A DNA stretch of 64,000 nucleotides from Gemmatimonadales bacterium (lineage in GTDB: Bacteria > Gemmatimonadota > Gemmatimonadetes > Gemmatimonadales > GWC2-71-9). How positions within the stretch are numbered: the first letter of the stretch is position 1; each line of letters begins with the position of its first letter. Shown here in pieces: positions 51,532 to 61,724 of the stretch. The notes under the pieces were generated by a model. The model was not told where the DNA came from. It searched no databases and was given only the letters and a program-made list of their open reading frames with translations. A program made the translations under genes and the position numbers. The DNA lies in NCBI GenBank assembly GCA_041577295.1, contig JBFGJG010000007.1, forward strand, positions 32,001-96,000. The letters are read 5' to 3'.

Positions 51532-52164
51532 CTATCCCCATCCTCTCATGTTGACTGCTTGCGCGATCATTTCCGCCACCTGTTCATATGTGAACACATC
51601 GGTATTGAACACGAGGTGGTAATTGTTCGGGTCATCCCATCGCCGATTGTAATGCGTCTTGACGTACCGCTTGCGTCCCTCATCGATCTTGTTCACCGCG
51701 TCCTCGGCCTCGGCCCGCGTAATGCCTAAGCGCTGCATCGCCGCGAGCACACGAGTCTCCCGTGAGCCGACGATGAAGACATGCAGGGTGTCGTCGCGCT
51801 GACCGAGGTACGCCTGCGCGCCCCGGCCAACAAGGATCACATTCCCTTCCTGAACCGTTTGAATGATCACCGCTTCTGTGACACGCACCAGCTCGTCCTC
51901 TTTGGCAAAGGTAGTGGCCGTAGCGTCGGCAGTAGCGACGAAAACTTCCGGAGACGAAACAGCGAGTGCGCGCGAAAGCCGTTCGATCAGGCCAGGTACC
52001 CTTTCCTCCCGGGCCTGAACTTCCTGTGGTGAGAGACCGGCCTGCTTGGCTACGCGATCGACAAACTCGTTGTCGACCACCGGCCACCCCAGTCGGTCGG
52101 CGAGAAGCTTCGCAACGTCAGATCCTCCCGACGCATATTGTCGGGAGATAGTGACCACGGCCAC
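51532..52164 (-). CDS. Cytidylate kinase-like family protein
   Basis: ITISRQYASGG P-loop, VILVGRGA, DEGRKRYVK.HY, YHLVFNT. Confidence 0.9.
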   Translation of the reverse strand: MAVVTISRQYASGGSDVAKLLADRLGWPVVDNEFVDRVAKQAGLSPQEVQAREERVPGLIERLSRALAVSSPEVFVATADATATTFAKEDELVRVTEAVIIQTVQEGNVILVGRGAQAYLGQRDDTLHVFIVGSRETRVLAAMQRLGITRAEAEDAVNKIDEGRKRYVKTHYNRRWDDPNNYHLVFNTDVFTYEQVAEMIAQAVNMRGWG

Positions 52165-52172
52165 GCCACGAC

Positions 52173-53651
52173 CTATGCGAAGAGGTTGGGGCCTCCGCCT
52201 CCTTGTCCTTTCCCAAATGGGGGCGGACCGTCAGGGCGCGCCCGGGAATATCCGAGCTCCTCCGATCGAGAGATTCGTTTCTGTGCTACCAATCCCTCGA
52301 GAATGAGCTCACACGCCGATACCACAGTCGCAGGGTCTTTCTTTGGGGCGAGCCCGGCTCCCTCGACGGCATCGAGCAATCCTGGAACGGTGGAGAACCC
52401 CTTCAAACACACATCCGCGCGCTCGTTCGGTGACACTTTCAGTGCGCCACCTTGATCGAACCACTCGACGATCTCGTCACAGTCGACGTTGCCGATCCGG
52501 ACTTCGAACGTCCTGCCGGCAGCACGCCGAACGAGATCCCGTGCGATCGTCTCGGCACCTTGGAGCTCTCCCTCGTACTCGAGTTCGATCTTACCTGTGA
52601 TCGACGGGAGGGCGCTATAGACGTCGGAGATTCGTGGAACCACCCGCTTCTCTCGGGTGACGATACATCGTTGCTCGGCGTTGGAGATGACGTTCTCCAG
52701 TACACTGATCGGCACCCGCTGACTGACACCGGACCGGCGGTCGATTCGCTTGTCCTCACGCGCCTCGAACGCCATGCGCTCGACGACTTCGTGAATGAAA
52801 TCGGGCACTTCGATTGCTCGCCGCGTGCGCTCGAGCCACGCTTCCTGCTTCGTGATCGTTATACCGTGCTCGACGTCCGCAGGGTAGTGCGTCAAGATCT
52901 CGCTCCCAATCCGGTCTTTGAGTGGCGTGATGATCTTTCCACGCGCGGTGTAGTCCTCCGGGTTTGCGGTGAAGACCAGGAGTACGTCGAGCGGCAATCG
53001 GATGGGGTACCCTTTGATCTGCACGTCCCCTTCCTGCATGATGTTGAACAACCCCACCTGAATTTTCCCCGCCAGATCCGGCAATTCGTTGATGGCAAAG
53101 ATGCCGCGATTGCTTCGGGGGAGCAGCCCGAAGTGGATGGTCAGCTCGTCAGATAAGATGTGTCCACCACGAGCGGCTTTGATCGGATCGACGTCGCCAA
53201 TGATATCCGCGATCGTGACATCCGGTGTTGCGAGTTTTTCGACATATCGGTTGTCACGGTGGATCCACTCGATGGGAGCGTTATCCCCATGTTCTTCCAA
53301 CACCTGCCGACCGTACTTCGAAATTGGGCGGAACGGATTGTCGTTGACCTCGCTGCCCGCGAGAATCGGAACTTCCTCATCCAGCAACTGCGCAAGCGCC
53401 CGCAGGATGCGACTCTTGGCTTGGCCGCGGAGGCCCAGGAGGATGAAGTTGTGACGCGCGAGGACGGCACTGATGACCTGTGGAACAACGGTATCCTCGT
53501 AGCCGACGATCCCCGGGAACACCTCCCGGCCCTCCTCCAGCAGGCAGATGAGGTTCTCGCGCATCTCATCCCGCACTGTCCTGGCATGGCGGCACGGATC
53601 CGCCCACTCGGTCTCCTTTAGCTCACCCAACGTTCTCGGTCGATCGATCAT
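52173..53651 (-). CDS. Mg-chelatase-like AAA+ ATPase
   Basis: LGLRGQAKSR (Walker A), EKLATPD, GIFAINELPDL, TANPEDYTARGKIITPLKDR, SGVSQR. Confidence 0.9.
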   Translation of the reverse strand: MIDRPRTLGELKETEWADPCRHARTVRDEMRENLICLLEEGREVFPGIVGYEDTVVPQVISAVLARHNFILLGLRGQAKSRILRALAQLLDEEVPILAGSEVNDNPFRPISKYGRQVLEEHGDNAPIEWIHRDNRYVEKLATPDVTIADIIGDVDPIKAARGGHILSDELTIHFGLLPRSNRGIFAINELPDLAGKIQVGLFNIMQEGDVQIKGYPIRLPLDVLLVFTANPEDYTARGKIITPLKDRIGSEILTHYPADVEHGITITKQEAWLERTRRAIEVPDFIHEVVERMAFEAREDKRIDRRSGVSQRVPISVLENVISNAEQRCIVTREKRVVPRISDVYSALPSITGKIELEYEGELQGAETIARDLVRRAAGRTFEVRIGNVDCDEIVEWFDQGGALKVSPNERADVCLKGFSTVPGLLDAVEGAGLAPKKDPATVVSACELILEGLVAQKRISRSEELGYSRARPDGPPPFGKGQGGGGPNLFA

Positions 53652-53740
53652 GCGTCACTCTTGTCAAAGTCCATGTACAAGTTTGCCCGAGGCATGCGCT
53701 TCGGGCACTGTCGAGATATACCCTAGCGAGGGACTCGCGT

Positions 53741-56062
53741 TCAACCCCCGGCGAGCCAGAGCCCCCTCAGGCGAAGCGCGACAATCTGATTTCCGGCCAT
53801 CCGCACGATGACTCCCTCATCGAGCGTGCCATCGACGGATCCGATATCCCGTTCAACGAAATCGACACGTCTGGCCTCACGGAAACGTAGCAACCCAGGC
53901 TGGAGCGACACGAGCCTCGGCTCCCCCTTCACGTCTTGGAGGAATGCGATGAGCCCGTCGCCATCGTCAGCAGGCTTCACGCCGAGTACCGCGATTTCGT
54001 CCTGATCGACGGTGAAAAGTGAACCTGCTGAAGGCAGGAGACCGCTGCCGCCAGGCGACGCGGGAACGGCATGCAGCGGCTCACTGTCCCATCCAAAGCG
54101 CCACGGCGAGACCAACGACATCCCGTCGAACAATAGGCGAAATCGGGCGATTCCAGGAGGTGCGAGATTGATCAGCATCCCATCCTGACTCACAGAAGCA
54201 ACGGGAGTGTGGTAACCACGGAACAACACGGAGCGACCTTCCTGCTGGAAACGAATCCACCGTAGGTGCACGAACTCCCCAACGGGCGCCAATTGGGTCA
54301 CACTGCCTACCGGGCGCTCCCAGGACACTGCCGGTCTCTCGAGTGCAAAGCTGAACCGATACTCGATTGGTGAGTTGCCCTCATGCTCACCCAGGTTCTC
54401 GATATCGAGCCAGGGCAGCGTGTCATACACGGTGTATCTGCTGCGTACCATACCGCCGCCACGAAGCTGGCGAACTACCGTGATCCGCGTACCGACGTTC
54501 GCGAGCAGTTCTCTGGTCAAGGTGCTGTTGGTGACCTCTGGTACCTCGTTCACGCCGCCGCTGCCCGCACGCACCCACGCCCTGCCCGTAGTGTCGACGA
54601 GCCGCTCGATGGCGCCCGTTGCCGCGTTCACCGATACCCGAAAGGCCTGCCCCGTGAGATGCTCGCTTTGGGGGACCCTCTCCCAGCCGGTCACGCCATC
54701 CACAGCACGTACTGCTTCGGCTGGACCGATCACGAAGGCGTATCCCAGCCCGGGAACGTCCGTCACGATCTCCTCGCGCCCGTCAGGGCGCCTGAGCACG
54801 TCCGTCCGTGTGAACGGTGACGTGTTGAGCACAACCGTACCCGCAAAGCGTGGGGCAACCCCGCGCGCCACCACCTCGAGGTCGCCCACTGCACCGCCGA
54901 GTAGCGACACGAGAGGAGCGAACAGGGTGGTGGCGCGCTTCTGGGTCATCCCATCCCGCGCCTCCCGCATAGCAGCGATATCAGCAAGCGAAGCGGGATC
55001 TGACAACGGCCGTCGGCCGGTGGATGCTGCCCGGACTGATCGGCCCGCACCCACTTCCCGAAGCAAGTGATCCGGATCCGCGCCCACAACGATATGAGGA
55101 AACGCAAAGCGACCGTTCCAGCTCCGTGCCGCTGCGAGATACGCGGGTGAGACGGTGTGATCGTTACCCACCACCACCACGACGTTTGCGGGAAACCCAG
55201 CGCCGTGGAACGCGCTGGTAGCTGTGAGCCAGCGCTCGATGGACGTCACCATCTCTGCTTGCGACGCGCCAAAGCCCAGCGTGGCCGGATCACGGATTGC
55301 TGGTGCGGCGATAACTGGCAACGGCGAACTGCCGGGGATTTCGAGAACCTGAATCGGAAGATCAGAGCTTTCGAGCACGGCGAGCACACGCACACCCGAG
55401 CCGGCCAGCACGGCAACGGTGACGGGCTCGAGGCTGGTGGAGGACTCGATGAGCGCGAGCGGGCTCGTGGGAATGCCGAGATCCGCTTCGAGTTCTCGGG
55501 CCGGGATGGCACGCCGCAGTATCTCGACGTGATCGCTTGCCGCAGGGGAGCGGGTCTCCGAGAGCGGGTTTGCACGAACACCAGCGGCGGCGTACAGGGC
55601 CGCGCGCACGCCGCGCCGCCACGGATCGACGTTGTCCAGATCATGACGAAGTGCCTCCGGGTCTGCGATGGTGAGCCAGTAGATCGTCCAATGGGGCTGT
55701 GGCGTAAGCGTGTGCTGATGCCGAATGATGCCTCGCCGACCGGGGACTTCGAGCTCACTGGTCACCGTGCGCCGGCGCTCCAGCGGGAGCCAAAGCTCTC
55801 CGTAGAGCACCTCGCCCAGGCGGAGCATTCCCGCAGTGCCAAGGAGATCCCGTCGCGGATTATCGTATATCCGGAGCCGTCCCGCCGGGACGTCGATGCC
55901 GTAGGCGGTGAAGCGAACGAGGGTGGTCCGGCCCTCCGGGTGACCGTGGAAGACCGTAGGTTGAGCCGTGACAGATTGTACCGGATAACCCCAGTTCGCA
56001 GGTCTGATCACAGCGACGCCCATGGCGGAAAGGGCGGTGAGGAACTCGCGTCTTTGGGGCAT
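53741..56062 (-). CDS. Tat-exported GH38 (alpha-mannosidase)-like protein with degenerate catalytic domain
   Basis: QRREFL Tat motif; GH38-like C-terminal beta domains (NTSPFTRTD, LPWLDIEN, VKPADDGDGLI). The expected His-rich metal motif after WTIY is absent. Confidence 0.65.
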   Translation of the reverse strand: MPQRREFLTALSAMGVAVIRPANWGYPVQSVTAQPTVFHGHPEGRTTLVRFTAYGIDVPAGRLRIYDNPRRDLLGTAGMLRLGEVLYGELWLPLERRRTVTSELEVPGRRGIIRHQHTLTPQPHWTIYWLTIADPEALRHDLDNVDPWRRGVRAALYAAAGVRANPLSETRSPAASDHVEILRRAIPARELEADLGIPTSPLALIESSTSLEPVTVAVLAGSGVRVLAVLESSDLPIQVLEIPGSSPLPVIAAPAIRDPATLGFGASQAEMVTSIERWLTATSAFHGAGFPANVVVVVGNDHTVSPAYLAAARSWNGRFAFPHIVVGADPDHLLREVGAGRSVRAASTGRRPLSDPASLADIAAMREARDGMTQKRATTLFAPLVSLLGGAVGDLEVVARGVAPRFAGTVVLNTSPFTRTDVLRRPDGREEIVTDVPGLGYAFVIGPAEAVRAVDGVTGWERVPQSEHLTGQAFRVSVNAATGAIERLVDTTGRAWVRAGSGGVNEVPEVTNSTLTRELLANVGTRITVVRQLRGGGMVRSRYTVYDTLPWLDIENLGEHEGNSPIEYRFSFALERPAVSWERPVGSVTQLAPVGEFVHLRWIRFQQEGRSVLFRGYHTPVASVSQDGMLINLAPPGIARFRLLFDGMSLVSPWRFGWDSEPLHAVPASPGGSGLLPSAGSLFTVDQDEIAVLGVKPADDGDGLIAFLQDVKGEPRLVSLQPGLLRFREARRVDFVERDIGSVDGTLDEGVIVRMAGNQIVALRLRGLWLAGG

Positions 56063-56080
56063 GGAGACAGAATATTAGTC

Positions 56081-56104
56081 GATAGAAGGACGGTCGGGCG
56101 GTCA
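56081..56104 (+). repeat. Octamer tandem in a divergent intergenic region
   Basis: GATAGAAG GACGGTCG GGCGGTCA. Confidence 0.55.
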
Positions 56105-56116
56105 AAAAGGATTCAT

Positions 56117-56308
56117 ATGAAGAAGAAAACGGTGTTGCGAATGATGATCCGCGCGGCGGTCTTGGTGGTCGTGGTGAGTTGTCGGGAGGCGCCGCGGTCT
56201 GATGAGCGCGAGACGCGCGGAGCGTCACCCATGGATACAGCCGTCGCTGAGCCCTCGCCGCCGTTACCCGACACGATCATGGCACGGGACACAGCGGAAG
56301 CCCGGTAG
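56117..56308 (+). CDS. Small putative lipoprotein (63 aa)
   Basis: SD AAGGA; MKKK + hydrophobic stretch + VVS|C lipobox; fills the gap between the GH38-like gene and fdhE. Confidence 0.6.
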   Translation: MKKKTVLRMMIRAAVLVVVVSCREAPRSDERETRGASPMDTAVAEPSPPLPDTIMARDTAEAR

Positions 56309-56362
56309 CGGTTCCCGCCGCCCAACTGCGCTTCAGAGCCAGAAGGTTGGACTTCCGTCCCC

Positions 56363-57202
56363 CTACATCCCCACCGCATTCTGTTCGATCTTCTCGAGGC
56401 CGCGCTCCTGCGCCCACAGATCCAATTCGACCGAGGCGACCTCGTCTACCAGCGGGATCGCCTTGCCATCGAGCCTCAGGTCAACCGCTTTGAGATAGCG
56501 CTTGCAGGTGGTGCACTCCTCGATGCGGAGGTGGGGGAGGGAATCGCTGACGTGATAGGCGAGGTTCTCCGGATTGGATTCCCCGCAGGACGGGCAGGTG
56601 GTTCGGGGGTACGGCCACTCACTCGCGCAGAGAGAACAGACGAGCACCCGGCGACCTTTGACCTCAGCCTCGTCGCGTGTAACGGTGACCTGAGGGGAAC
56701 GCCTGCAGATGGGGCATTCGCGTCCTGGCTTCGCGGTGCAATTGATGTTCCGCGCGAGGGCCTCCGTCACCGGCTGCAGGAGCGCGCGGGGGAAGAAGCC
56801 GAGTTGCTCCGGCAAGCAATCGAGCGCGGTTGCGAGATCGTCGAGGGTCCCTCGTGCGAGAAAACGCTGAATCAGCCGGAGCTGAAACTCGGGCACGGCC
56901 GCTTCGATTGCCCGTGCGACGACCCTGACCGTGTGCGTGCCAAACCCGGCCACTTCACGCAGCAACCCGCGAAACAGTGGGAGGAGATCGTCCAAGGGGA
57001 GCCGGTCGAGTTGTATCTGTTGCTCACCCGTCGGCCAGTTGGCGTTCGCCGCTTGCCGGGCGATGGGTTCCTGGACTTCCATCAGATTGATGTAAAACGC
57101 GAGCATGTGCTCGGCGTGCGGGTGGCGGCCGATCAGCTCGTCGGCTCTCAACCTTCGTCGCTTATAGGATTGTTGAAGTGCCTTCCCAACGTCTTCGGTC
57201 AA
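56363..57202 (-). CDS. fdhE: Formate dehydrogenase accessory protein FdhE
   Basis: Four CxxC pairs (CPIC, CSLC, CPSC, CTTC..YLK), DEVASVELD; last gene of the fdn operon. Confidence 0.93.
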   Translation of the reverse strand: MTEDVGKALQQSYKRRRLRADELIGRHPHAEHMLAFYINLMEVQEPIARQAANANWPTGEQQIQLDRLPLDDLLPLFRGLLREVAGFGTHTVRVVARAIEAAVPEFQLRLIQRFLARGTLDDLATALDCLPEQLGFFPRALLQPVTEALARNINCTAKPGRECPICRRSPQVTVTRDEAEVKGRRVLVCSLCASEWPYPRTTCPSCGESNPENLAYHVSDSLPHLRIEECTTCKRYLKAVDLRLDGKAIPLVDEVASVELDLWAQERGLEKIEQNAVGM

Positions 57203-57831
57203 GACTCCGTCTTCTCACGATGCCACTGCGGATGATGGAGCTTGGCCCAGGCGCGCGTGACCTTGCCGTCGATCATCCCGCGCGCGGTACCCGGATAGGC
57301 CACTGTACCGAGGTAGATGTGGACGATGAGGAACAGCCCGCCTCCAAGCGCCGCCAAGTAGTGCAGCAAGCGCATGGCGGAGAGTATACCACGGCCAAAT
57401 GGGCCGAGCCCCACGAATCCGTCGGGAAACCACAGCAGGAGCCCCGTAATCAGAAAGACAACACCCAACACGCTCTGCACCCAGAAGAAGAGCTTCTGAC
57501 CGCCGTTGTACTTGCCCGCGGGCGGGACGTTGTCGCGGTCGTGCGCGACATAATGCCGAATCGCCTTGAGCCACGCGATATCGTGACGGTCCAGGTACAT
57601 GTCACGGATCCACAGCAGCACCATGAACACGAGTCCCACCGTGAACACCAGGCCTACCCATGGATGGAGCACCCGAGCAACGGCCCCGCCTCCCACGATG
57701 CTCGTGAGCCAGAAGAGCTTTGGATAAGAGAACGCGAGCCCGGTAAGCAACAGGAAGACGAAGGTGACCCCCACCACCCAATGCACCACGCGTTCCGCAT
57801 ATGTGAATCGCTGAATCGCGTTAGCTCGCAT
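57199..57831 (-). CDS. fdnI: Formate dehydrogenase cytochrome b (gamma) subunit
   Basis: ERVVHW, LHPWVG, GKYNGGQK, LLHY, IVHIY, WAKLHHPQW. ATG 57831. Confidence 0.95.
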   Translation of the reverse strand: MRANAIQRFTYAERVVHWVVGVTFVFLLLTGLAFSYPKLFWLTSIVGGGAVARVLHPWVGLVFTVGLVFMVLLWIRDMYLDRHDIAWLKAIRHYVAHDRDNVPPAGKYNGGQKLFFWVQSVLGVVFLITGLLLWFPDGFVGLGPFGRGILSAMRLLHYLAALGGGLFLIVHIYLGTVAYPGTARGMIDGKVTRAWAKLHHPQWHREKTES

Positions 57832-58681
57832 CGTGACTATCCTCGGGAGACTCCGGACCAACGGCAAGGAAGTGGAGCAGTGCGCCCACGATCCCAAAAC
57901 CAAACAGATACGAGCCGATCCGCTTGAACGCGCCCAGCGCCTGCATCGGCCCGGGGCTCGCCACGGGATCCTCGGGCAAATCGTACTCACCGAGTCGATC
58001 ACCGTGGGGCACGACATACATCATGTGGACGCCGCCCACACCCGGCGGATCGTAGACGGCGGCGTTCGCGAAGCCGCGGTTGTTCAAGGTCTCGACTTTC
58101 TTGTGAGCCAGCGTGACCATGTCCTCCTTGGTGCCCCACGAGATCGCGTTGGTTGGGCAGGTCTTCACGCACGCCGGCTCGAGCCCCGCCTCGACCCGGT
58201 CGATGCACATGTTGCATTTGTAGACTTTCTTGGTGGTCTTGTCGAAGCGAGGGATGTCGAACGGACAGCCGGTGACGCAGTATTGGCACCCAATGCAGTT
58301 TTCTTGATTGAAGTCGACTATCCCGTTCTCGTATTGCACAATGGCGCCCGGCGCGGGGCAGGCGTAGAGGCAACCCGGTTCTTCGCAATGCAGACACGCA
58401 TCCTTCTTGATAAGCCACTGGAGATTGCCGTCGAACTCGGTCTCGTTGAACCGCATGAGGAGCCACGTGTCTGGTGAGAGATCCTCATGGCTTTGGTAGC
58501 TGCCGAAGTTGACCGTGGGTTCGACCTTGAGCTCGTTCCACTCCTTGCACGCTACCTCGCATCCCTTGCAGCCGATACAACGCGCGATGTCCACCAATTT
58601 GGCGTACTCGGGTGAAGACCGAATGGTCGGCGGCGGCGTCGGCGTCGCCGAAATCCGTTTGATGGCGAGCGTGTTGTTCAT
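57821..58681 (-). CDS. fdnH: Formate dehydrogenase iron-sulfur (beta) subunit
   Basis: CIGCKGCEVAC, CLHCEEPGC..ACP, CIGCQYC..GCP, CNMC..PACVKTCP; C-terminal TM. ATG 58681 overlaps the fdnG stop. Confidence 0.95.
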   Translation of the reverse strand: MNNTLAIKRISATPTPPPTIRSSPEYAKLVDIARCIGCKGCEVACKEWNELKVEPTVNFGSYQSHEDLSPDTWLLMRFNETEFDGNLQWLIKKDACLHCEEPGCLYACPAPGAIVQYENGIVDFNQENCIGCQYCVTGCPFDIPRFDKTTKKVYKCNMCIDRVEAGLEPACVKTCPTNAISWGTKEDMVTLAHKKVETLNNRGFANAAVYDPPGVGGVHMMYVVPHGDRLGEYDLPEDPVASPGPMQALGAFKRIGSYLFGFGIVGALLHFLAVGPESPEDSHDAS

Positions 58682-61662
58682 GCTCGTTCCACGTTCACGA
58701 GAAACGCCTTGAATTCGGGGCAACGCGTGTTTGCATCACCGATGAAGGGCGTGAGCTGGTTGGCCATTGCGCCTTCGGTAATGCCAACGAAGCCCCAATG
58801 GACCGGAATGCCAACGGTCCAGAGTGTCTTTCCGTTTACCGTTAGGGGTTTGATGCGCTTGGTGACGATGGCTGTGCCCTCTACCACGCCGCGCTTGGAT
58901 CGCACGCGCACACGGCCCCCGTTGTCGATTCCCTTCTCACGCGCCAGCCCGTCAGGAACCTCCACAAAAAAGTCGGGCATCAGCTCCACGAGATACGGGA
59001 CATTGCTCGTCACGAAATGCTCGCGCTCGACCACACGATATACGGTGCAGGCGTAAGGGAACTCACCGTTCGCATCGGCCAGGGTTTCCTTCACACCATC
59101 GTACCAGCGGACCACCGGGTTCACGGCTACGCGTTCGTGTAGCAGGTTGGCCGTCGGGCTCTCGGCGGGTTCGTAGTGCTCGGGGAAGGGGCCGTCGGTG
59201 AGGTACGTGCTGAACAGGCGGGCGACGCCCTCTTCGGTCATGATGAACGCACCCATCGCGTCCGGCCGCGTAGTGCGTCCGTAATCCGGGACGTCCCCGA
59301 TCCACTCGCGCCCGGTCCACTGGATACCGGATCGCTGCGGATCCCATGGCCTTCCGTTGGCATCGGCCGACGCGCGGTTGTACAACACGCGGCGGTTGAG
59401 CGGCCAGCTCCACGCCCAATCGTGATGCATGCCGAGCCCGGTGGCATCATCGGTACCTCGGCGCTGCATCATGTTGCCCTGCTCGGTGAAGCTGCCGCAG
59501 TACAGCCAGTTGCCGCTGCTGGTGCTGCCATCGTCCTTGAGCTCACCGAAGCTCGACAGCAACTTGCCGGTCGAGAGATCAAATCCGTTGATCTCCTTCG
59601 CCAGCTCCACCAATGTCGGCTCGCGTGGGTTCAAATAGTCCCACGTCATGTTGAGGATGGGTTCGTGATAGGCACCGTCCTCTTGTTCGTAGAGCTCTTT
59701 CACGCGCCAGAACAGCTCCGAAAGGATCCACGTGTCCGACCTGACACCCGGCGGCGGGTCGATGGCTTTCTCCTTCCATTGGACCCAGCGGCCACTGTTG
59801 GTGAATGATCCGTCGCGCTCTATCCAGTGCGTCGCAGGGAGATAGAGCACCTCGGTGTCGATCTCGGTGGGGTTCATACCGGGCGCCTTCCAGAACTCGG
59901 CGGTGTCCAGCATGAACGGATCGATCACGACCTTCCATTTGAGGCGGGACATTGCGCGCAACAAGCGCGGAATGTCGGGTCCCGCTAGGAGCGGGTTGAA
60001 CCCGAGGGCGATAAAGCCCTCGAGCTTCCCTTGATGCGCCTGATCCCAGATCGAGAGCCACGAGCCGTCATCGAATGGCTTGGCGAGGTAGTGATAGCCA
60101 AACTCGTTTTGGCGCGTGGCATGGTTGCCGAACCAGCTCTTCATCTGCGAAACGAAGAACTTCGGGAAGTTGCCCCAGTAGTTCATCGTGTCCGCCGTGA
60201 GCGCACGCGGGGTCGATTCACGGAGGTACTGCGCGAGTGAGGTCTGCGATGGATCAGGAACCTTGAGGTAGCCCGGGAGAATGTCGGCGACGATGGCGTG
60301 ATCGGTGGCGCCCTGGACGTTGGCGTGACCGCGCAGCGCGTTGATGCCGCCGCCCGGTCGGCCGATGTTGCCGAGCAGCAACTGGAGGATAGCAGCCGTA
60401 CGGATGATCTGACTGCCCACCGTGTGCATTGTCCAGCCCACCGCATACATGATGGTGCCCACTCGGGCTGCCGTCCCGGTGGAGCACACGATCTCGGCAA
60501 TCCCCAGGAAGTCTTCGGCCGAGCACCCCGCGATCTGCGCCACCATCTCTGGTGTGTAGCGGTCGTAATGGCGCTTGAGGAGTTGGAAGACACAGCGCGG
60601 ATGCTGGAGCGTGGGATCGCGGCGGACGTATCCGTCGGGGCCGCGTTCGTAATCCCACGCTGTCTTGTCGTATTGCTGGTTGGTGGCGTCGAATCCCGCG
60701 AACAGGCCGTCCTGAAAATCGAAGCCCCGATTCACGATAAAGGACGCGTTGGTGTGCAGCCGGACGTAGTCATCATGTTGGAGATTGTTCTCGAGCGTGT
60801 ACCGGATGAATCCGCCGAGGATGGCGATATCGGAGCCGGGGCGAATCTGGAGGTGGTGGTCTGCGACGGCTGAGGTGCGGGTGAATCGCGGGTCGATAGT
60901 GACGAGTTTGGCGCCGCGGCCGTCGCGTGCCTCAATCGCCCATTTGAATCCGCAGGGATGGTTCTCCGCTGGGTTGGCCCCCATCACCAGAATGACATCG
61001 GCGTTTTTGATGTCCTTCCAGTGGTTGGTCATCGCGCCCCTGCCAAACGTGGCGGCCAAACTGGCCACCGTGGGGCTGTGTCATATCCGCGCCTGGTGGT
61101 CGACGTACATCAGCCCCAGGCCTCGCATGGTTTTGGTAATGAGGTATGCGTCTTCGTTGGTGACCGTGGCGCTGCCTACCCACGCGATCCCTTCGCAGCG
61201 GTTCACGGTGCGCCCACGATCGTCGCGCTCGACGAAGCTCGCGTCGCGCGAATCCTTGAACCGGCGGGCGAACCACTCCATGGCCCAATCCCAGCTGACC
61301 TCTTTCCATTCGCTGGCCCCGGGCTCCCGAAACATCGGAGATTTCTTGAGCCGTGGGCTGATGGCAAGCTGCATCTGGGCTGCCCCTTTGGGGCACAACG
61401 TTCCCCCATTGATGGGGTTGTCAGGATCGCCCTCTACGTGGATGATGGTCTTGGTGGTGTTGAGCCCACCGCTGCCATGGACATATGCGATGGTGCCGCA
61501 ACCAACGGCGCAGTAGGGGCATACTGTCTTGTACTCTTTGGCGTGGCGGATCTTGAGCTGGCGGGAGGCGGCGTAAGCCGACGTGAGATCGAAGCCGAGG
61601 GCCGAGACACCGAGGCCACCGGCGACGGAAACCTTGAGGAAGCTCCGGCGGGATATCGTCAT
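58678..61662 (-). CDS. fdnG: Selenocysteine-containing formate dehydrogenase-N/O alpha subunit (Sec UGA at 61083-61081)
   Basis: Tat SRRSFLK, CPYCAVGC..CPKG. Track ORFs 61081-61662 and 58678-61068 are in one frame and join as HQARI-U-HSPTVASLAATFGRGAMTNHW; SECIS follows. Confidence 0.95.
61051..61069 (-). promoter_or_regulatory. SECIS hairpin of fdnG
   Basis: GGTGGCCA-GTT-TGGCCGCC stem-loop beginning 11 nt after the UGA. Confidence 0.85.
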
Positions 61663-61724
61663 GGATTCCCCCTAGGCAGCTAACATGCAAAGCCCAGGGG
61701 TCGGTCGCCAGCCCCCTGCCCGTC

